From an uncultured Lentimicrobiaceae bacterium (GTDB lineage: Bacteria > Bacteroidota > Bacteroidia > Bacteroidales > SKPS01), in the NCBI GenBank assembly GCA_964652685.1, contig CAZZBS010000007.1:20544-84543 (forward strand): DNA of 64,000 bases. The letters run 5' to 3'. Below, piece after piece: positions 1 through 9,463 of this stretch (position 1 is the stretch's first letter; every line of letters starts with the position of its first letter). The notes beneath the pieces were generated by a model, which did not search any database, had not been told where the DNA came from, and saw nothing but the letters and a program-made list of their open reading frames with translations. The position numbers were made by a program, and so were the translations under genes.

Positions 1-501
1 GAAGAAAAAAAACGCCTTGCCGAAAAGTTATCCCCGGAACAGCTGAAACCGGGCGACTGTGTGAGCATGAAAGGATTCACACGGTCAGGTGAGGTGGTGA
101 AGGTGACAGGCCAGAAAGTAAAGGTGGTGTTTGGTGATGTGACCATGACCGTCCGCTCCGACCAGCTTGTATATGCCAGCCCGGAATCCCGGATTGCAAA
201 ACCGGTCAGTAGCGGGTTTCATGCGGTACTGAAGGATCTTGACGACAAACGGACACACTTCCGGTCCGATATCGACGTACGTGGATTACGGGCAGAAGAG
301 GCAGTGAGAAAGGTGAGAGAGCTGGTGAATGATGCTGTGCTTCTTAATGTGAAAAGCCTCAGGATCCTGCACGGGAAAGGAGATGGGATTCTGAGGCAGG
401 TGATCAGGGATTTGCTGGCAGGCACAACGGAGGTAAAATCATTTCAGGATGAACATGTGGATAGGGGAGGGCATGGCATTACCCTCGTAACATTGCATTA
501 A
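1..501 (+). CDS. mutS2: Endonuclease MutS2, C-terminal fragment with Smr domain (5' end lies left of the window)
   Basis: Frame 1 is open from nt 1 (EEKKRLAEKL...) into ORF 61..501. The C-terminus (DVRGLRAEEA...LRILHGKGDGILRQ...GGHGITLVTL) matches the Smr small-MutS-related signature. Confidence 0.8.
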   Translation, partial: EEKKRLAEKLSPEQLKPGDCVSMKGFTRSGEVVKVTGQKVKVVFGDVTMTVRSDQLVYASPESRIAKPVSSGFHAVLKDLDDKRTHFRSDIDVRGLRAEEAVRKVRELVNDAVLLNVKSLRILHGKGDGILRQVIRDLLAGTTEVKSFQDEHVDRGGHGITLVTLH

Positions 502-512
502 TACATAAAGAA

Positions 513-734
513 ATGATGCGGAAGAAAAAATTCACTGACTATATCGGTTTCGGGGGCATTGCAGGTATCATCCTGGGTGCTGTGGCCGGATACCTATATT
601 ATTATTACATCGGATGCAGATCAGGCAGTTGTCCGATCAATTCCAATCCTTATATATCTACCGTCTGGGGAGCCCTGATCGGGTACCTGCTGGGGGATAT
701 ATTTAAAAAGAGGGCCCCAGGGGGGGAATCCTAG
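513..734 (+). CDS. Small two-TM membrane protein with a CxSGSCP motif (DUF6132-like)
   Basis: 73 aa. Two hydrophobic helices (GFGGIAGIILGAVAGYLYYYYI and VWGALIGYLLG) flank GCRSGSCPINS. The gene starts 11 nt after the mutS2 stop. The family name is from memory. Confidence 0.55.
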   Translation: MMRKKKFTDYIGFGGIAGIILGAVAGYLYYYYIGCRSGSCPINSNPYISTVWGALIGYLLGDIFKKRAPGGES

Positions 735-826
735 CTGCCCGGATTAGGCAGACTTCCATGGTTTCTTTCCTCTATGACACAAGGATTATTTGTTACATTT
801 ACGGACTGAAAAAATCCTGGTGATAA

Positions 827-1951
827 ATGTTTAATCTTCTCCGGGTCAATCTTTTAGCAATAATGAAACAACTCACATTTTCCACAGGCCTCCTGTTTCT
901 CATGGTTGTTTTAACAGGTAAGTATATCCATGCCCAGGATCAGGAAAGGACCAGATTTAAGGATGACTCACTGCAGGTAATGACTGCTTTCAACATCAGG
1001 CAGGCTGCATTCCGGAACCATGAAGGGGTTGTTCTGTTCGAGGCCGGTCAGCATGAAAAAGCTTTACCCTTGCTGGATGAAGCCTGCAGGCTTCATCCCG
1101 ATTATGCGGATGCCTTCTATAACAGAGGTGTCGTTCAGCTGGCTTTTAGCCGACCTGCGGAGGCCTTGCTTGATTTTGCCGTTGCCATACAACTTGATGC
1201 AAAGCCTGCATACTACCTGGGGCGAGGTATTCTGCAACTTGAAAGGGGTGACACGGTCATGGCGATTTCTGATTTTCAGAAGGTGATGCAGCTGGATGGG
1301 AGCAACATTAAAGCAGCATCCTGTCTTGGTCTCATCCATTTGGATAGAGGATCTTTTCCTGAAGCGATCGATGCGTTCAATCAGGTACTCAAAACAACTT
1401 CTTCCAGCACTATCGCATTGAACGGAAGGGCATTGGCATGGCTTGCTTCCGGGGATACCCTCCGGGCCATAAAGGATATTGAATCATCGCTTGAGGCAGA
1501 TTCCGGTCAGGTGACACTTTACCGTCAGATGGGTCATATCCTGCTGCATCAGAACAGGTATGGCGAAGCGAAGGAGGTATATCTTGCTGCCACCGGAATC
1601 GATCCTGAAGATGTCTTTTCGTGGAACGCGCTGGCTGTGATCAGTTTTTATATGAAGGATACCGATACGGCCATGTATTATTGTAATCTGGCAACCGAAA
1701 CTGATCCGGGATATGGGAAAGCCTGGAATACAAAAGGTAATCTGTTCATGCTGAAAGAGGCATATCAGCAGTCAGAGGCTTTTTATTCCATGGCACTTCA
1801 ACTGGCTCCTGAATTATATCCGGTTTATTACAACCGTGGGGTTTGCCGGGAGATGCTGCGGGATGTGGCTGGGGCCTGCAACGATTGGCAGACAGCCGGG
1901 GAAAACGGAATAAGTAAAGCAGCAGAATATTTTAGCCTGATCTGTGAATAA
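827..1951 (+). CDS. Tetratricopeptide-repeat protein, secreted or membrane-anchored
   Basis: 374 aa with an N-terminal hydrophobic segment ending AQ. It has repeated 34-aa TPR-like units (AFYNRGVVQLAF..., AWNTKGNLFMLKEAYQQSEAFYSMALQL, VYYNRGVC). An alternative start is M13 at nt 863. Confidence 0.75.
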   Translation: MFNLLRVNLLAIMKQLTFSTGLLFLMVVLTGKYIHAQDQERTRFKDDSLQVMTAFNIRQAAFRNHEGVVLFEAGQHEKALPLLDEACRLHPDYADAFYNRGVVQLAFSRPAEALLDFAVAIQLDAKPAYYLGRGILQLERGDTVMAISDFQKVMQLDGSNIKAASCLGLIHLDRGSFPEAIDAFNQVLKTTSSSTIALNGRALAWLASGDTLRAIKDIESSLEADSGQVTLYRQMGHILLHQNRYGEAKEVYLAATGIDPEDVFSWNALAVISFYMKDTDTAMYYCNLATETDPGYGKAWNTKGNLFMLKEAYQQSEAFYSMALQLAPELYPVYYNRGVCREMLRDVAGACNDWQTAGENGISKAAEYFSLICE

Positions 1952-3980
1952 TTCATCCAAAATGAAAAGCATTATCCTGACATTTCTTATTATTTTCTTT
2001 GTCCTTATCAGTGTTGCACAGGATGTACCCTTCACCAAAGCATCCTTTCCTGAAAAGAAGAAGGAGCTTTGCGCGGCGAAGAAGCAGTTGAAAAAAGGGA
2101 AGAAACTGGCCTCCAAAGGGATACAATATCATTCCGAAGCACTGCAGCACCTTATGGCTGCCGATACTTTCAATCCCAACAGTGCTAAACTGAATTATCA
2201 GATCGGATCCTTGTTGAGCAGTGGTTTCGATGCTCACAATGCTTTACCTTACCTGGAAAAGGCCATAATCCTTGATTCTGCGGTTACACCCGACATTTTG
2301 TTCCTGCTGGGCAGTGCCTATCACCTGAATCACCGTTTCGGGGAGGCGATCAGGTGTTATACATCTTTTACGTCAACCCTTACCAAAAGATCGGCAAAGC
2401 GGTGGAAGGGAGAGTTGCAGAGGCTGAAAACACAGGCGATGACAGGGGACAGCCTCATGAACCAACCTGTCCATTGCTTTATAGACAATTTGGGTGACAG
2501 GATCAATTCACAGTTTCCTGAATATAGCCCTGTGTTAAGTCGTGACGGGACGAAGCTGTGGTTTGCCTCTCGTCGTCCGGGCAGTTACATTGAAGCAGAT
2601 CAACTCCCGTCTGAGGATATCTGGTACCTTGCAAAACTGGGCAGTACCTGGTCTGAACCGGTCAATGCCGGGCCACAGCTGAATTCGGAAAAACATGAAA
2701 TACCGGTTGCCCTTTCACCTGACGGTAATGTATTCTATTTCAGGTATGCAAAGTCAACAGGGGATATCTGGCTGATGAACCTTACGGAAGGGAAGAAAGC
2801 AAAACGGAAGGAGATGTCGGGGCGTACCAATTCTCCCGCCAACGAGACATGTATGTGTTTCTCTCCCGATGGGAATACCGTATGGTTTGTGAGTGACCGT
2901 AAGGGAGGGTATGGGGGTAAGGATATCTGGATGATGAAAAAAGGCCAGCGTGGCAAATGGGCAAAACCGGTTAATGCCGGCCCTGTTGTCAATACCCGTT
3001 TGGATGAGGAGTCGCCTTTTATGCACTCAGACGGGAAGACGCTTTATTTCAGTTCCATGGGGCATGATGCGATCGGGGGTTTTGACATTTTTTCCGTCCG
3101 TTATACTGATGAGGGATACACTGAATGCAGAAACCTCGGATTCCCTGTCAATTCAGCTTCCGATGACATTCATTTTTCGCTCTCCGGCAAGGGCAGCGTG
3201 GGATTCATGGCTTCATGCCGCCCGGGTGGCCTGGGGAACTTCGATCTTTACAAGGTTACCTTTTCCGGGGAGGAGAAGTCGTTGCTTTATCTGACTGAAT
3301 CAGTTGAACCTCCGCCGTCTGCTCCCGGGATAAGGGATATCGGGCCGGTAGAGGCCTCCGATCCGGGGGCCCCGATGGTGTTGATGAAAGGGAAAGTCTG
3401 GGACGAAACAGGATCGGTTCCGCTCAATGCCCTTCTTACGGTCACAGATCTTACCACCGGAAGGCTGGTGGCTGCTTTTCAGTCTGATTCCCTGACAGGG
3501 CAATACCTCCTCAATCTGCCCGTGGAATCCAACCTGGCACTGTCGGTGATATCTTACGGTTACCTTCCTTTTTCCAACCGGCCGGCAGTAGGCGCAGCGC
3601 TTCCGTTTACCGGGATGGAAAAGGACTTCTTTCTTAAACCGATAACCCCATACCGTCATTTCGACCTGGTCAACCTGGGTTTCAGCAAGGATGATCCTGT
3701 ATGGAGCAGCCCATCAGAACGGGAACTTGAAATGCTGGTTGATTTTCTGCAGATGCATCCGCTGGTTAAAACGGCCATCGAGGGGTACCTGATGCCGGAC
3801 GAAACAGATACCGGGCTCCCTCAAGCCAGGGCACAGGCGGTAATTACCTATCTCCGAAAACAGGGCATAGAGGCTGACAGAGCCATCCTGTACCAGCAGG
3901 AAGACAAGGTTGATGAACAGGACCCGGTTGAAAAAATCCCCTTACAGGCTGTAAGGATCCACGTTGTTGCATCGGGATAA
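1944..3980 (+). CDS. PorE-like multidomain protein: TPR, PD40/WD40-like beta-propeller, carboxypeptidase-regulatory-like domain, OmpA_C-like domain
   Basis: 678 aa.
- Signal peptide: MKSIILTFLIIFFVLISVAQ.
- TPR region at about aa 60-170.
- Repeated TolB/PD40-like motifs: EYSPVLSRDGTKLWFASRR, SPDGNVFYF, FSPDGNTVWFVSDRKGGYGGKDIW, HSDGKTLYFSS.
- CRD-like segment: MKGKVWDETGSVPLNALLTVTDLTTGRL...
- C-terminal OmpA-like segment: ...LPQARAQAVITYLRKQGI...

This is the same domain order and size as P. gingivalis PorE. An alternative start is nt 1962. Confidence 0.65.
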   Translation: MNNSSKMKSIILTFLIIFFVLISVAQDVPFTKASFPEKKKELCAAKKQLKKGKKLASKGIQYHSEALQHLMAADTFNPNSAKLNYQIGSLLSSGFDAHNALPYLEKAIILDSAVTPDILFLLGSAYHLNHRFGEAIRCYTSFTSTLTKRSAKRWKGELQRLKTQAMTGDSLMNQPVHCFIDNLGDRINSQFPEYSPVLSRDGTKLWFASRRPGSYIEADQLPSEDIWYLAKLGSTWSEPVNAGPQLNSEKHEIPVALSPDGNVFYFRYAKSTGDIWLMNLTEGKKAKRKEMSGRTNSPANETCMCFSPDGNTVWFVSDRKGGYGGKDIWMMKKGQRGKWAKPVNAGPVVNTRLDEESPFMHSDGKTLYFSSMGHDAIGGFDIFSVRYTDEGYTECRNLGFPVNSASDDIHFSLSGKGSVGFMASCRPGGLGNFDLYKVTFSGEEKSLLYLTESVEPPPSAPGIRDIGPVEASDPGAPMVLMKGKVWDETGSVPLNALLTVTDLTTGRLVAAFQSDSLTGQYLLNLPVESNLALSVISYGYLPFSNRPAVGAALPFTGMEKDFFLKPITPYRHFDLVNLGFSKDDPVWSSPSERELEMLVDFLQMHPLVKTAIEGYLMPDETDTGLPQARAQAVITYLRKQGIEADRAILYQQEDKVDEQDPVEKIPLQAVRIHVVASG

Positions 3981-3985
3981 AAAAA

Positions 3986-3993
3986 TACCTTTG
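3986..3993 (+). promoter_or_regulatory. Bacteroidota -7 box TACCTTTG upstream of the barrel gene
   Basis: Exact TAnnTTTG match in the intergenic gap, 63 nt upstream of the ATG at 4056. Confidence 0.4.
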
Positions 3994-4055
3994 CAGGTGC
4001 AATATCTCTGCAGGGTTTCGTTACCCTTGGTGATTTTTTTTATTTCTCCCGGGTT

Positions 4056-6884
4056 ATGTCAAAAAACTTTTTTTTCCTTTTCCTTGCCTGTCTCATAGGG
4101 TATGCTTCCTTATTTGGCCAACAGCCATCACGTGTCACCATTCGCGGGGTGCTTCAGGATACATCAGGTGTGGAGGTCATCACAGCCACGGTTATGCTTC
4201 TTAATCCTGCCGATTCGACGCTCGTCAATTACACGGCCAGTGATAAATCGGGCGCATTCAGGTTCATGAATGTCAAGAATCAGCCTTACCTGCTCAAGGT
4301 AAGCCACATCTCCTTCATGCCTGTGCAGCAATCCATCGAAAGATCTGATGGGCCTGAGGTGGACCTGGGAGTGGTTGCACTTACCCATTTTTCGCAGGTG
4401 CTGATGCAGGTGGTGGTTCGTGAAGCCAAAGCTCCCATTCGTATTCATGGTGACACCATTGAGTATGATGTATCCACCTTCAAAATTCCGCCTGGTTCAA
4501 CGGTCGAAGACCTGCTAAGGAGACTGCCGGGCATTGAGGTGGATGCTTCCGGCAATATTTCTTCCCAGGGGAAAGATGTGAAACGGATCTTTGTGGACGG
4601 TAAGAGTTTTTTCGGTGATGATCCTACAACGGTCACCCAGAATCTTGGCTCTGAAGCCATTTCCAAAGTCCAGGTGTACGACGAGAAAACGGAACAATCG
4701 AAGCTGACCGGCATTCCTGATATGGCAAGGGATAAAGCCATGAACCTGGAACTCAAGGAAGAGTTTAAAAAGGGAACCTTCGGAAAAGCAACCCTGGCCG
4801 GAGGCACCGAAGAACGATGTGCTGCCAAAGCTAATTTCAACCGTTTTGATGAAAAACGCCAGTTTTCATTCATCGGATATGGTAACAACATCAACCAGAG
4901 TGGCGTGAACTGGGAAGATTACCGTGAGTTCAAAGGACAGACAAGTTTTTCACAATACGATAACGGCGATTTTGGTTTTTCCGATGATGGCAGAGGGTTT
5001 CGTTTCAATTTTTCCGATATCCCGATCAGCCGTGATTCCGATCGTGGCTACTCCACCAACTTTGGTGCGGGTACAAACTATAATTACGACAATACGAAGA
5101 CAAAATTCAATGCCAGTTACTTTTACAGTGAGTCAACACTAAACCTTAAGCAGCAGTCGCTTAAAAAGACATTCCTTCCTGACAGCACATTCTTTACCAA
5201 CGATACGCTGAGTATGTCGGATTACCGGGGGAATCACAGTTTCGCTTCAAGGTTTGAACATGAGATCGACTCCTTAAAAGTGCTCATTGCCAAGATCAAC
5301 CTAAATTACCTGCCCACGCTGACGAAAAACGCAAAAATTCAGTGGTTCAGCAGTGAAAGTCTTCTTCCCGTCAACCTGCTTGCATCCAATGATACGACAG
5401 ACAACCGGTCGTTCAGGCTGAACTCAGCCGCCATCTATGCCAACAGGTTTAAAAAGAAAGGGAGATCATTTGCTGTCAGTGCCGGCTATAATCTCAATCA
5501 ATCAACAGGAGAAGAAAACCTCTTTTCATTGAACAGGTTTTTTGCGGCTACGAGTCTCGAAGAACAGATAAGGCAGCTCAACAGCAACGAAAACATGTCC
5601 GGGACTTTGAAATCCAGTGCCATCTATTCCGATGCACTTGCAAAACGATGGTATTTGGAAAGTTTTTACAATTTCAGGTCAACGACGCAGGAGAAGAATA
5701 CCCAGGTGACCAATCCGTTACTTCTCAACGACCAGCGTATCGACAGTCTGAGCGTCTTTTTCCGCAATACGGTGATGTATAACCGTTTGGGAACCTCCTT
5801 GCGGTATGCTTTCAAAGGAGCAAACATTTCCGTGGGGATTGCAGCCCAAAACCTTGACCTTGAAGGAGCCTATGCACAGGATGAGGGGAAATCCTGGCTG
5901 AAGGCACCGCTCAAAAGATCCTTCTTCAACCTGGTGCCTAATGTGAGTATCAGCCAGGAATTCCCAAACAGGTTATGGCTCCGGGCTGATTACAGCTATG
6001 AGGTAACGGAACCCTCCTTTTCAGACCTTCAGCCCAGGCCGGTCATCAGCAATCCTTTGTTCAGGAATGAAGGCAATCCCGACCTTAAACCCGAAACTTC
6101 ACACAGTTTAAGTTCTTCACTTAACTACTGGGCGCCTGAATCATTTGCCAATTTCGGGTTGAATGTCAATTATGACCTATACGACAGTCGGATCGTCTAT
6201 AATCTGGTTACGGAGTTTATTGACTCTGTCGGTTACCGGACTACTACCAAACCGGAGAACGTCAAAGGGGGGGATAACTTTTCTACCTGGATGTGGACAA
6301 GCATACCCATTGTGAAGACAGTACTGACCATCAACCTCAACGGAAGTTATTGGATGGGTACCTCCAGGGCTTATGTCAACAACATCCTGAATGAAACGGG
6401 TAACATGGGTTATTCCGGTGGCTTTGGGGTGAACCTGACACCCGGCAGCAAGCTGTTGCTCAGCGCCAATGCCAGGGTGAGTTTCAGCGATATCAGTTAT
6501 TCCATCCAGAAGGAACAGGATCAGCATATTGAAAACCATTCGATCGCAGCGACCGTCAGGTATCAATTCATATCCAAGACATTTTTTGAAAGTAATTTCA
6601 GCTACAATCTTTATCGCAACGACCGTTTCGGCTTCGACCAGTCCATCCCGCTCTGGAATGCTTCAGTGCGAAGGATCTTCGGTGCGAAGAACAGGTGGGA
6701 AGCCAGACTGGCCGCCTTTGACATCTTCAATAAAAGACTTGGGATCAGCCAGTCCGGGGCCGGAAATTATGTGCTGCAATCCACCTCTAACACCCTTGCA
6801 AGGTATTATATGCTCAGTGTGAGTTACAATATCAGGGGATATGACCTGAAAATGGAAGGCGGGCGCAGAAGACACCATTTCTGA
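4056..6884 (+). CDS. Outer-membrane beta-barrel family protein (CarboxypepD_reg-like N-domain, TonB-dependent-receptor plug-like region, large barrel)
   Basis: 942 aa with a signal peptide. The N-terminal VTIRGVLQDTSGVEVITATVMLLN... segment is a carboxypeptidase-regulatory-like fold. The plug-like segment is STVEDLLRRLPGIEVDASGNISSQGKDVKRIFVDGKSFFG. The long Asn/Tyr/Ser-rich remainder alternates like beta-strands and ends ...YNIRGYDLKMEGGRRRHHF. Confidence 0.8.
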   Translation: MSKNFFFLFLACLIGYASLFGQQPSRVTIRGVLQDTSGVEVITATVMLLNPADSTLVNYTASDKSGAFRFMNVKNQPYLLKVSHISFMPVQQSIERSDGPEVDLGVVALTHFSQVLMQVVVREAKAPIRIHGDTIEYDVSTFKIPPGSTVEDLLRRLPGIEVDASGNISSQGKDVKRIFVDGKSFFGDDPTTVTQNLGSEAISKVQVYDEKTEQSKLTGIPDMARDKAMNLELKEEFKKGTFGKATLAGGTEERCAAKANFNRFDEKRQFSFIGYGNNINQSGVNWEDYREFKGQTSFSQYDNGDFGFSDDGRGFRFNFSDIPISRDSDRGYSTNFGAGTNYNYDNTKTKFNASYFYSESTLNLKQQSLKKTFLPDSTFFTNDTLSMSDYRGNHSFASRFEHEIDSLKVLIAKINLNYLPTLTKNAKIQWFSSESLLPVNLLASNDTTDNRSFRLNSAAIYANRFKKKGRSFAVSAGYNLNQSTGEENLFSLNRFFAATSLEEQIRQLNSNENMSGTLKSSAIYSDALAKRWYLESFYNFRSTTQEKNTQVTNPLLLNDQRIDSLSVFFRNTVMYNRLGTSLRYAFKGANISVGIAAQNLDLEGAYAQDEGKSWLKAPLKRSFFNLVPNVSISQEFPNRLWLRADYSYEVTEPSFSDLQPRPVISNPLFRNEGNPDLKPETSHSLSSSLNYWAPESFANFGLNVNYDLYDSRIVYNLVTEFIDSVGYRTTTKPENVKGGDNFSTWMWTSIPIVKTVLTINLNGSYWMGTSRAYVNNILNETGNMGYSGGFGVNLTPGSKLLLSANARVSFSDISYSIQKEQDQHIENHSIAATVRYQFISKTFFESNFSYNLYRNDRFGFDQSIPLWNASVRRIFGAKNRWEARLAAFDIFNKRLGISQSGAGNYVLQSTSNTLARYYMLSVSYNIRGYDLKMEGGRRRHHF

Positions 6885-6947
6885 TGACCTGTTTGCTGAC
6901 AGGAGGGTAGTATAAAACAGATTTCAATTTAATACAGATCCTTGACT

Positions 6948-7718
6948 ATGAAAAACATAACCATCATCCTCCTTTTTCTCGCACTCCAGTTCCCGGTATT
7001 TGCCACCCTTAGGGCACAGGATTCACTGACGGCGGTGGAATATATGATCAGAATGGACTGGATAAAAATGATAGAGGGTGTTGATTATATTCCGCCGCAG
7101 CAAAAAGAACGGGCCCGGTACATGTATAGCAGCCGCCACAGTTACAGTTCATATTCAATTCTTTTTTATAATGATTCGGTTTCATTTTATAAAGATGATT
7201 TTGAAAAGGTCGAACATGACGGGTATTCATGGTTGAAAGATCCTTACATGGTCAGGCGGGATTTTCTGAACAGGGAAATCCATGATGTGATCACCTGGCT
7301 CAGGAAGGTGGTAATCATAGAAGACACGCTGATATACCCGAATTGGAAAATCCTTAATGATGTCCGTGAGATTGCAGGCCATATCTGTATGAATGCCATG
7401 ATCACCGACACGGTGAAGGGGCAGAAGATCGTAGCCTGGTTTGCCCTGGATATTCCTTCCAGTGCCGGCCCTGAGCGGTTGTGCGGTCTGCCCGGACTGA
7501 TCCTCGGTGTGGAGGTGAACAACGGCGCCATGGAGATCATGGCGCAGACCATCAGAACAGAGGTACTGACCGATCAGCTCACCATGCCCACCCGTTTCGA
7601 TGGCCGAAGGATCAAAGGGAAGCATATTTCTGAAGCCGATTACCAGGCCAGGGTGGCTAAGTTTATGGATGAAAAAAGGAAAGAGCAGGAGTATCCGTTT
7701 TGGGGAATCAGGTATTGA
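6948..7718 (+). CDS. GLPGLI family protein
   Basis: Contains the eponymous motif (ERLCGLPGLILGVEV) and a signal peptide (MKNITIILLFLALQFPVFA). The ORF-track start at 6942 is TTG, so the first ATG at 6948 is preferred. No promoter box lies in the 63-nt gap to the barrel gene. Confidence 0.8.
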   Translation: MKNITIILLFLALQFPVFATLRAQDSLTAVEYMIRMDWIKMIEGVDYIPPQQKERARYMYSSRHSYSSYSILFYNDSVSFYKDDFEKVEHDGYSWLKDPYMVRRDFLNREIHDVITWLRKVVIIEDTLIYPNWKILNDVREIAGHICMNAMITDTVKGQKIVAWFALDIPSSAGPERLCGLPGLILGVEVNNGAMEIMAQTIRTEVLTDQLTMPTRFDGRRIKGKHISEADYQARVAKFMDEKRKEQEYPFWGIRY

Positions 7719-7826
7719 TATGGTAATGTGATGATAGGATGATGTTTTGGGCGCTTCAGGGAGTTGGAGGTTTTTCCGGGTTTGTTTGGTGTTGTTGTGT
7801 CATCATCACATCACCACATCATCACA

Positions 7827-9365
7827 TCATCCCGCCCAATTCTTCCGGTCGAGGCTACGGAAGTGGATGGCTTCAGCCATGTGGTGGGCTTCGATGTTGG
7901 GGGAGCCTTCAAGGTCGGCAATGGTACGTGAGACCTTAAGTATCCTGTCATAAGCCCGGGCTGAAAGACCGAGTTTTTCCATGGCATTTTTCAGGATGGC
8001 GGAACCGGCCTGATCGGTTTTGCAATATTGGCGTAATGCTTTGCTGTTCATGTGAGCATTGCAGTATATCCCCTCCTGTCCGGAAAATCGTTTTTCCTGG
8101 ATTTGTCGTGCTTTGATCACTCTTTCCCTGATCACATCACTTCTTTCACTCACGGAGTTACAGCTGAGTTCGCGGTAGGGTACAGGGGTAACCTCGATAT
8201 GGATGTCAATACGATCCAGGAGCGGTCCTGATATTCTATTCAGGTATTTCTGCACCACTCCCTGGCCGCACACACATTCCTTTTCGGGATGGTTATAGAA
8301 TCCGCAGGGGCAGGGATTCATGGAAGCAATCAGCATAAAACTGGCTGGATAATCGACGCTGAACCTTGCCCTGGAGATGGTCACCCGTCGCTCCTCCATC
8401 GGTTGTCGCATCACCTCCAGCACCGATCTTTTAAACTCGGGCAGTTCATCCAGGAACAGCACACCGTTATGGGCCAGGGATATCTCACCCGGCTGAGGCC
8501 ATGTGCCACCCCCTACCAGGGCTACATCGGAGATGGTATGATGGGGGGACCGGAAAGGCCTCACTGTGATCAATCCTTCTCTTCGGCGAAGCTTACCGGC
8601 AACAGAGTGTATCTTGGTGGTTTCCAGTGCCTCCTGGAGGTGAAGAGGTGGCAGGATCGAAGGCAGCCTCTTCGCCAGCATCGTCTTCCCGGCACCTGGT
8701 GGCCCGATCAGCAGGACATTATGTGAGCCGGCTGCAGCGATCTCAAGCGCCCGCTTGATGTTTTCCTGCCCCTTCACATCCGAAAAGTCAAACTCATAGT
8801 TGTTGATACCTGAAAAAAAGGTTTGCCGTGTGTTTACTTTAACCGGTTGTATCAGCGGTTCACCGTTGAATACCGAAATAACCTCCTGCAAACAGTCAGC
8901 CCCAAAGACATTCAGGTTGTCAACAATGGCTGCCTCCATTACATTGTTTTTAGGAACGATGAGTCCCTGAAAACCCTCTTTCCTTGCCTGGATCGCAATC
9001 GGCAAAGCCCCCTTGATGGGTTTCAGTATCCCGTCAAGCGACAGTTCTCCCATCACAACGAACTTTCCTACCATCTCATGCTTAATCTGCTCCGAAGCAG
9101 CAAGGATGCCAATGGCGATGGGAAGGTCATAAGCAGAACCCTCCTTGCGCAGGTCGGCAGGAGCCATGTTGATGACGATTTTTTTCCCCGGTAGTTTGAA
9201 ACCAATGAACTTCAGGGCCGATTCAATACGTTGGTGGCTCTCTTTCACCGCACTGTCGGGAAGCCCTACCAGCATGAAGTTAACCCCCTGGTCTATGTTC
9301 ACCTCAACGGTGATCGTGATGGCATCAATGCCCAGAAGGGTACTGCCAAATGTTTTTACAAGCAT
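7827..9365 (-). CDS. comM: YifB/ComM family Mg-chelatase-like ATPase
   Basis: 512 aa. It has a Lon-protease-like N-domain, a Walker A motif (LLIGPPGAGKTMLAKRL), a Walker B-like motif (GVLFLDELPEF) and a C-terminal ...SARAYDRILKVSRTIADLEG segment typical of ComM/YifB. Confidence 0.9.
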   Translation of the reverse strand: MLVKTFGSTLLGIDAITITVEVNIDQGVNFMLVGLPDSAVKESHQRIESALKFIGFKLPGKKIVINMAPADLRKEGSAYDLPIAIGILAASEQIKHEMVGKFVVMGELSLDGILKPIKGALPIAIQARKEGFQGLIVPKNNVMEAAIVDNLNVFGADCLQEVISVFNGEPLIQPVKVNTRQTFFSGINNYEFDFSDVKGQENIKRALEIAAAGSHNVLLIGPPGAGKTMLAKRLPSILPPLHLQEALETTKIHSVAGKLRRREGLITVRPFRSPHHTISDVALVGGGTWPQPGEISLAHNGVLFLDELPEFKRSVLEVMRQPMEERRVTISRARFSVDYPASFMLIASMNPCPCGFYNHPEKECVCGQGVVQKYLNRISGPLLDRIDIHIEVTPVPYRELSCNSVSERSDVIRERVIKARQIQEKRFSGQEGIYCNAHMNSKALRQYCKTDQAGSAILKNAMEKLGLSARAYDRILKVSRTIADLEGSPNIEAHHMAEAIHFRSLDRKNWAG

Positions 9366-9409
9366 GACAGGGTCTTTACCTGTATGTATGCTTAACCTGT
9401 CAGGAAAGG

Positions 9410-9431
9410 AAAAAAAACGGGCTGTTTTTTC
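9410..9431 (-). terminator. Weak AT-rich hairpin plus T-run downstream of the biotinyl-protein gene
   Basis: The minus strand reads GAAAAAAC-AGCCC-GTTTTTTTT. The stem is mostly A:T, so support is weak. Confidence 0.3.
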
Positions 9432-9463
9432 ACTTAAAAGAGATGCAGATCAGAATATCAGTA

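Noticed and set aside
7721-7953. CAT/CAC-rich tract (CATCATCACATCACCACATCATCACATCATCC), partly complementary to GTGATGATAGGATGATG at 7729-7745, and two ~66-aa His-rich ORFs (7739..7939, 7747..7953)
   Set aside because: The ORFs mostly overlap the 3' end of comM on the opposite strand and look like low-complexity artefacts. The complementary arms cannot form one continuous nested stem, and no U-run follows, so I do not call a terminator or an element. At most this is a weak structure between convergent genes.
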